Shown here: one piece after another, positions 34,104 through 38,961 of the stretch
How the letters are laid out: each line of letters opens with the position of its first letter
How positions within the stretch are numbered: position 1 is the first letter of the stretch
Virus record (IMG/VR): IMGVR_UViG_3300038556_000008
Location: 1-38,961 of that record
Length of the DNA stretch: 38,961 nucleotides
Reading direction: 5' to 3' (one strand)
From: a virus
Taxonomy: Duplodnaviria > Caudoviricetes
The notes under the pieces: generated by a model
Databases searched by the model: none
The model's input: the letters and a program-made list of their open reading frames with translations, nothing else
What the model was told of the DNA's origin: nothing
Program-made: the position numbers and the translations under genes

Positions 34104-36002
34104 ATGGCACAAGTACAGCTTGTCTTCAACCAGCAGGGCCAGCCCATCACTGGCGGCCCCGTGCGCCTGGTGTTCGGCGCCAGCGGCGGCGGGCCACAGC
34201 GGCCTGTGGTCGCGGAGGGCAGCGGCCGCATTACCGGGCTGCGTGGTCACCTGCGCATGCGTGTGGGCGTGCAGGCGTCAGCCGCAGCGCGCATCACCGG
34301 GCTGCGCGGCCATCTTCGCACTCGTTGGGACTCGAACGTCAGCCGGACCACTCGCGCAGTACTTGGCACAGGTTGGCAGACGGCTACGCCTGCAGCTGCC
34401 GCTTTGCACACGGCCTGGCAGGAGACAGCGGTGCTGCGCGTCGTGACTGCGAACCGATGGCAGCAGGCGCGTCCCCAGCACGGTGGCCTGCAGCCTCTAT
34501 GGCACGAAGCGCTGCGCGAACGCGGAGCCGTCGTGAGCCAGTGGCAGCAGGGCGAGCCGGGCCGGGCCGGGCTGGACCTTTCCTGGCAAGAGGCCCAGCG
34601 ACTGCGAGCTGTGAGTCTGATGGCCTGGCAGCAGGCTGACCTGCGCCGGGGCGCCTTGACCACGGCGTGGCAAGAGACCTTGCATCTTCGTGCCGCTATT
34701 CGTCGCCACTGGCAAGAGGCCGAGCAACTGCGGGCGTCCATTCGCAGCAGCTATGGCGATGGACAGCAGCTGCGCATCACGCTGCTGTCACGCTGGCAAG
34801 AGGCCATTCGGCCCGCCTCCGGCCAAAGCATCATCGTGTTGCCACCCGTGCGCCCGTGCTACGAGCCCACGCTGCCGGCGCGCCTGGTGTTCAAGCTACC
34901 GGCCAGCGGCGGGCTACCGGCGCGCCTGGTGTTTGTGTGTGATGGACATGGCAACCCCAACCCCCAGCCCGGCATCGTGGTGCCGGCGCGTAGGACCTAC
35001 ATCATGATCAACTCCGTCGAGATCCGGCGCGCGGACGCCCTGGCCGGCGACCCGCTGCCCAGCGAGAGCTTTCAGATGTCGCTCAACCGGCAATCATGGA
35101 CATGGACTTTCTCGGCGAGCTTCCACGCCGCTGCGCGCGATGCGCTCATGCCCGGCCCAGGTGGTCAGCCCGTCGAGCTGGAGGTGCGCGTAAACGGTCA
35201 GCCGTTTCGGATGCAGGGCGAGCGTATCGGCCGCAGCAAGCGATTTCCCGAGCACCTGGTCACCGTGTCGGGCCGGGGCAAGGCCGCGCTGCTGGACGCG
35301 CCGCACGCTCCCGTGCAGACGTTCACGCACACGCTGGACCGCACGGCGCAGCAGCTCATGAGCGAGGTGCTGACGGTCAACGGTGTGGGCTTCGGATGGA
35401 GCGTGGATTTCCAACTGACGGATTGGCTGGTGCCGGGGGGGATCTGGATGCACCAGGGCACCTACATCAGCGCGTTGACCGATATCGCAACCAGCGTGGG
35501 CGGCTACCTGCAGCCGCACGACACGGCCCCCGTCCTACATGCGCTGCCGGCGTGGCCGCTGCCCTGGTGGCGGTGGAGCGAACTGGTGCCCGACATCGAT
35601 CTGCCGGAGGGCATTGCCGAGGTGGACGAGACCGAGGTGATCGATGTGCCCGAGTACAACCGCATCTTCGTCGCAGGCGAGGCGGGCGGCGTCATGGGCG
35701 ACCTGACCCGCACCGGCACCGCTGGCGACGTGCTCAAGCAGCCGATGGCCGTGCATCCACTCATTACGACCATCGGCGCCGCAAGGGCCCGCGCAATTGC
35801 CGAGTTGGCTGAATCCGGTCGACAGCTCAAACACAAGATGACGCTGCCCGTGCTTGCAGAAACGGGCGTGATCAAGCCAGGCCGCGTGCTGCGCTACTAC
35901 GACGACTCAGGCACGCGGCGCCTGGGCATCGTGCGCGGCACGTCGATCTCGCAGCAGTACCCGGTTTTGACGCAGGCGCTGGAGGTCGACAGCCATGTCT
36001 AA
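34104..36002 (+). CDS. Tail protein with 14-aa Trp repeats and a C-terminal hub (baseplate hub-like) region
   Basis: 632-aa ORF in the tail operon; regular WQ[E/Q]A repeats; C-terminal GGYLQP, YNRIFVAG and GVIKPG motifs. Confidence 0.72.
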   Translation: MAQVQLVFNQQGQPITGGPVRLVFGASGGGPQRPVVAEGSGRITGLRGHLRMRVGVQASAAARITGLRGHLRTRWDSNVSRTTRAVLGTGWQTATPAAAALHTAWQETAVLRVVTANRWQQARPQHGGLQPLWHEALRERGAVVSQWQQGEPGRAGLDLSWQEAQRLRAVSLMAWQQADLRRGALTTAWQETLHLRAAIRRHWQEAEQLRASIRSSYGDGQQLRITLLSRWQEAIRPASGQSIIVLPPVRPCYEPTLPARLVFKLPASGGLPARLVFVCDGHGNPNPQPGIVVPARRTYIMINSVEIRRADALAGDPLPSESFQMSLNRQSWTWTFSASFHAAARDALMPGPGGQPVELEVRVNGQPFRMQGERIGRSKRFPEHLVTVSGRGKAALLDAPHAPVQTFTHTLDRTAQQLMSEVLTVNGVGFGWSVDFQLTDWLVPGGIWMHQGTYISALTDIATSVGGYLQPHDTAPVLHALPAWPLPWWRWSELVPDIDLPEGIAEVDETEVIDVPEYNRIFVAGEAGGVMGDLTRTGTAGDVLKQPMAVHPLITTIGAARARAIAELAESGRQLKHKMTLPVLAETGVIKPGRVLRYYDDSGTRRLGIVRGTSISQQYPVLTQALEVDSHV

Positions 36003-36216
36003 CCTCTACCTGCAGCTCAAAGAAATCCTCGCGCCTGGCCGCGTACAGATTGGCAAGGTCGTGGCCGTCGCCGATGGCGCGGTCACTGTGGAGCTGCCTG
36101 GCGCGGGCCGGGTTCGCGTCAAGGGCCAGGCCACCGAGGGGACCAGTGTTTTTGTTTTGGAAGGAGTGATCCAGGGGCCGGCGCCCGACCTGCCTGTTTA
36201 TATAGACGTGATCTGA
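35995..36216 (+). CDS. Small OB-fold-like tail tip protein
   Basis: Coupled ORF MSNLYLQLKEIL...G.V...V.G...G..VFV..G.IQG.AP. Confidence 0.7.
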   Translation: MSNLYLQLKEILAPGRVQIGKVVAVADGAVTVELPGAGRVRVKGQATEGTSVFVLEGVIQGPAPDLPVYIDVI

Positions 36217-36320
36217 AAAAAGACGGGCGACCCGGCCAGGTGCGGTAACACCAGGTCGAACCCCGAACCTGCAGAACGTGCCTGCAAGCCCGGCCAGGCC
36301 CGCCACCCTCGCGAGAGCGG
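36216..36320 (-). ncRNA. Putative structured antisense RNA/leader element upstream of com
   Basis: On the minus strand: outer stem GGCGGGC/GCCCGTC followed by T6, a 12-bp stem with three G-U pairs, and hairpin GGTG-TTACCG-CACC. -10-like TATGCT at 36325-36330. Confidence 0.5.
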
Positions 36321-36352
36321 CGCCAGCATACCGGATTTTCCGTATAGGAAAG

Positions 36353-36565
36353 ATGCTTGCAATGGAAGAAATACGCTGCGGCTCCTGCCGCCGCAAGCTC
36401 GCGGAGGGTGAGTACACCCGCCTGAGCATCAAATGCCCCCGCTGTGGAGCATTCAATCAACTGAGCGCCGAGAGCGCCCCCTCTGAACGCCCCTTGAGCG
36501 TCAAACAAAACCTAAGCTCAAATGACAGACGTTCAATTCCCGACTTTCACACAGCCCAACGATGA
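36353..36565 (+). CDS. com: Com-family zinc-finger translational regulator (start 36353 or 36362)
   Basis: EIRCGSCRRKLA...IKCPRCGAFN; overlaps the start of the modification gene as Mu com overlaps mom. Confidence 0.88.
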   Translation: MLAMEEIRCGSCRRKLAEGEYTRLSIKCPRCGAFNQLSAESAPSERPLSVKQNLSSNDRRSIPDFHTAQR

Positions 36566-37535
36566 CGCCGCCGTCAGCCTCGGCCGGGCACCTTCACTCG
36601 CAGACCGCTATCTTGCTGCCCCGTTCTCACTGCTGGACGCGCGCGCAGGCTGGTGGCGTGAGCGCAAGGCGGCCTGGTTATCTACCGGCATTCAATCAGA
36701 GTTGGGGCGCGCGGGTGGCCTTCTGTTCTCTACGTCAGCGCAGCCCCCTGCAACCTACGCTGCCAAGAATGCCTTCGAATCAACCCTCGGCCGCAAGGCG
36801 ACTTGGTCAGAGTTCTCCCAAGCCCACCCCGACCAGATCAAACAACATGGCACGAGCGTTTTTGACCCCGTGCTGTGTGAGCTGATCTATCGCTGGTTCT
36901 CGGCGCCTGGGCACCAAGTGCTCGACCCGTTCGCAGGCGGCAGTGTTCGCGGCATCGTGGCCGCAGCCACCGGGCGGCACTACGCTGGCGTTGATCTGCG
37001 GGGTGAGCAGGTCGAGGCCAACCGAGCTCAATGGCAGATTCTTGGTCGGTCGAACATGCCGGCGCCGGAATGGGTTCAGGGCGATGCGCTGGAAGTGCGC
37101 CAGGCGTTGCCGGGTCTGCAGGCGGATCTACTGTTCTCGTGCCCTCCCTATGGCAATCTGGAGCGCTACAGTGACGACAAGGCCGATCTCTCGACCATGC
37201 GCTACCCGCGCTTCTTGCAGACATACCGATCCATCATCAAGGAGTCGGTGTCAATGCTTCGTCAGGACAGGTTCGCCTGTTTCGTCGTGGGTGACCTGCG
37301 TGACGGTCAGGGCCTCTATCGGGGCTTCGTCAGCGACACCATCGCAGCTTTCCGCGACGCGGGAGCTCACCTCTACAACGATGCCATCCTGGTGACTCAA
37401 GCGGGCTCTCTGCCGATCCGCATGGGGCGAGGCTTCGAGCTGTCGCGCAAGCTGGGCAAGACGCACCAGCATGTCCTCGTCTTCGTCAAGGGCGATCCAA
37501 GGCGTGCGACCGCTGCATGTGGTCCTGTCCGCTGA
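36522..37535 (+). CDS. DNA amino-methyltransferase (N6-A/N4-C type) at the mom position
   Basis: SAM-binding VLDPFAGGS followed by catalytic-type FSCPPY; TSVFDPVLCE and HQHVLVF motifs. Confidence 0.85.
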   Translation: MTDVQFPTFTQPNDDAAVSLGRAPSLADRYLAAPFSLLDARAGWWRERKAAWLSTGIQSELGRAGGLLFSTSAQPPATYAAKNAFESTLGRKATWSEFSQAHPDQIKQHGTSVFDPVLCELIYRWFSAPGHQVLDPFAGGSVRGIVAAATGRHYAGVDLRGEQVEANRAQWQILGRSNMPAPEWVQGDALEVRQALPGLQADLLFSCPPYGNLERYSDDKADLSTMRYPRFLQTYRSIIKESVSMLRQDRFACFVVGDLRDGQGLYRGFVSDTIAAFRDAGAHLYNDAILVTQAGSLPIRMGRGFELSRKLGKTHQHVLVFVKGDPRRATAACGPVR

Positions 37536-37560
37536 GGGCTTGGCTCTCCCCTGAAATGAA

Positions 37561-37593
37561 AACGCGCCAGGTTCATCTGGCGCGTTCTTTTTT
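37561..37593 (+). terminator. Intrinsic terminator, possibly bidirectional
   Basis: AACGCGCCAG-GTTCAT-CTGGCGCGTT followed by CTTTTTT; lies between convergent genes. Confidence 0.85.
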
Positions 37594-37610
37594 GGGAAAG
37601 CTCATTCAAA

Positions 37611-37847
37611 TTAGGTGAACCGCTCTCTCAACGCGGCATGCCCGGCCTCCTTGGCCGAGTCTGGATCGATGCCAAGCTGCTGGAGCCATCGGGGGTTCGT
37701 GTAGGCTGTGCGTGCGTCAAGGATGGCCGTGCGGTGCTTGTCCAGTTGACCGAACGCGGCAGCCATCCGTATGGCTTCAGCCCAGCGGCCGGCCGCCATG
37801 TGCTCACGGACTTGCGAGGCCTTGGATTGCGGGGGGGTGGTTTTCAT
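37611..37847 (-). CDS. Small helical hypothetical protein (78 aa)
   Basis: AGGAG RBS upstream; convergent on the terminator. Confidence 0.7.
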   Translation of the reverse strand: MKTTPPQSKASQVREHMAAGRWAEAIRMAAAFGQLDKHRTAILDARTAYTNPRWLQQLGIDPDSAKEAGHAALRERFT

Positions 37848-37992
37848 CTCGGGCTCCTAAAGTCGGTCGGACTCTAGATGCAAGCCCCGCAAGGTGCGAG
37901 TCCGGAGAACTGCGGACGTGCCCCGTGATGTAGCGGCCGGACGGCGCTGGTTTGCAATTTGTTTTCTCAGTGCGCAACACAGCGGATCATGC

Positions 37993-38035
37993 ATTTATTG
38001 CGCTGATGGCGGCGCATTTATCGCGGCGCGCTTCA
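37993..38035 (-). repeat. Right end: terminal TGAA (minus strand) plus two putative transposase-binding motifs GCGATAAATGC and GCAATAAATGC
   Basis: Cores at 38017-38022 and 37994-37999, offsets 14 and 37 from the end, the same as at the left end. Confidence 0.8.
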
Positions 38036-38041
38036 ATCTTG
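38036..38041 (+). repeat. Right copy of 6-bp target site duplication ATCTTG
   Basis: Matches 1062-1067. Confidence 0.92.
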
Positions 38042-38961
38042 GTGATGCCGGTGGAGGGGTCGATGACACGCTCGGCATGGGTGATGGCGATCGTGGCGGG
38101 CAGGCGCGCCGCCTTGGCCATGCGGGGCGGGGCGGCTTTGTGGCGGGTTGCGGTGCGGGGTGAAGATGCGGTCGATGGCACGTGCTGTGGCTCCTCTTTT
38201 GCGATGCGGCGCGCAGGCTTGTCCGTGCGCAGGCCCTGGAATACGGCGTGGCGGATGCGGCCGTCCGCGGTCCATTGCGCGAACGAGACTTCGGCCAGCA
38301 GGGTGGGGCGCACCCAGTGCACCTGGCTGCCAAGGCCCCGGGTGTCTGCCAGCGGGGATGTGCCGGTGGCCAGGCCGTCCAGGCGCTGGCGCAGGTCGGC
38401 CAGGGTGCGTGCGTTGAAACCCGTGCCGACCTTGCCGGCCGCGTGCAGCTGCCCGTCCTCGCCATGCACGGCGAGGACCAGGGCCCCCAGGCCGGTGCGC
38501 GAGCCCTGGGGATCGGTATAGCCGGCGATCACGAACTCCTGGCGGTGGCCGCACTTGAGCTTGATCCAGTCCATGCTGCGCCGCGAGACGTAGGCGCTGC
38601 CGCGCCGCTTGCCGATCACGCCCTCCAGGCCCAGCCGGCAGGCGGCGGCCATCAGGTCGGCGGGCGGGGCGTCAAAGGCCTGGCTGAACCGAACGCGGTC
38701 CGACGGCGCCTTGTGCAGCAGCTCCTGCAACCGCTGGCGGCGCTGTTCCACGGGCTGCTGGCGCAGGTCCTGGCCGTCGTGCCACAGCAGGTCGAAGGCG
38801 AAGAAGACCAGCAGGTCGGTGTGCTCGCCGTCGAAGGCATTTTGCAGGGCCTGGAAGTCGGGGCGGTCGTCGCTGTCCAGCATCAGCACCTCGCCGTCGA
38901 TCCAGCCTGTTTGCAAGGGCAGGGCCGCCAAGGCGCGGGCCAGGGCAGGCATTCTGGCGGT
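38036..38961 (-). pseudogene. ligD: ligD 5' fragment: ATP-dependent ligase and OB domains (start outside the window; now terminates at 37987 inside the prophage end)
   Basis: Ligase motifs WIDGEV, FFAFDLL, EGVIGK, WIKLK, GKVGTGF and RHAVFQGLRTDK, followed by the POL-start motif ITHAERVIDPSTGITK at the junction. Confidence 0.93.

Larger units (their letters stand above)
1068..38035. mobile_element. Transposable (Mu/B3-like) prophage, 36,968 bp, siphovirus-type tail
   Basis: TG...CA ends, 6-bp TSD, DDE transposase plus AAA ATPase, Ner, GemA, Mor, Mu-type portal/terminase/F/G/I genes and Com. Interrupts ligD cleanly. Confidence 0.96.

Noticed and set aside
31699-36216. Diversity-generating retroelement or invertible tail-fibre cassette
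   Set aside because: No reverse transcriptase, no invertase, and no template/variable repeat pair or flanking inverted repeats were seen.
1-38961. CRISPR array, rRNA, or tyrosine/serine integrase with att sites
   Set aside because: No regularly spaced repeats or such genes were seen; integration is explained by DDE transposition.

Overview
GC-rich bacterial DNA, probably betaproteobacterial (inference from gene style). It holds an apparently complete 36,968-bp transposable (Mu/B3-like) prophage at 1068..38035 with a non-contractile tail. The prophage has TGAA...TTCA termini and a 6-bp target duplication (ATCTTG at 1062-1067 and 38036-38041). It is inserted into the host NHEJ gene ligD of a ligD-ku operon, separating the ligase domain (right flank) from most of the polymerase domain and ku (left flank). 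Gene order: a leftward lysis/packaging arm (SAR endolysin, Rz/Rz1, gp25/26-like, TerS, TerL, portal, MuF, gpG); a central immunity region; a rightward early block (Ner, DDE transposase, AAA ATPase, RdgC, GemA, Mor); head and tail genes; then Com plus a DNA methyltransferase where Mu has mom. Best candidates for undescribed systems: (1) a MuF protein with a C-terminal BECR-like RNase domain, no immunity ORF, and a convergent, self-promoted, tRNA-sized structured RNA at 1793-1873 (candidate RNA antitoxin); (2) a shared RHIM/amyloid-like 21-aa motif in the repressor C-terminus and the next gene; (3) a structured antisense RNA upstream of com and the methyltransferase. Family assignments come from motif recognition by eye, not database searches.
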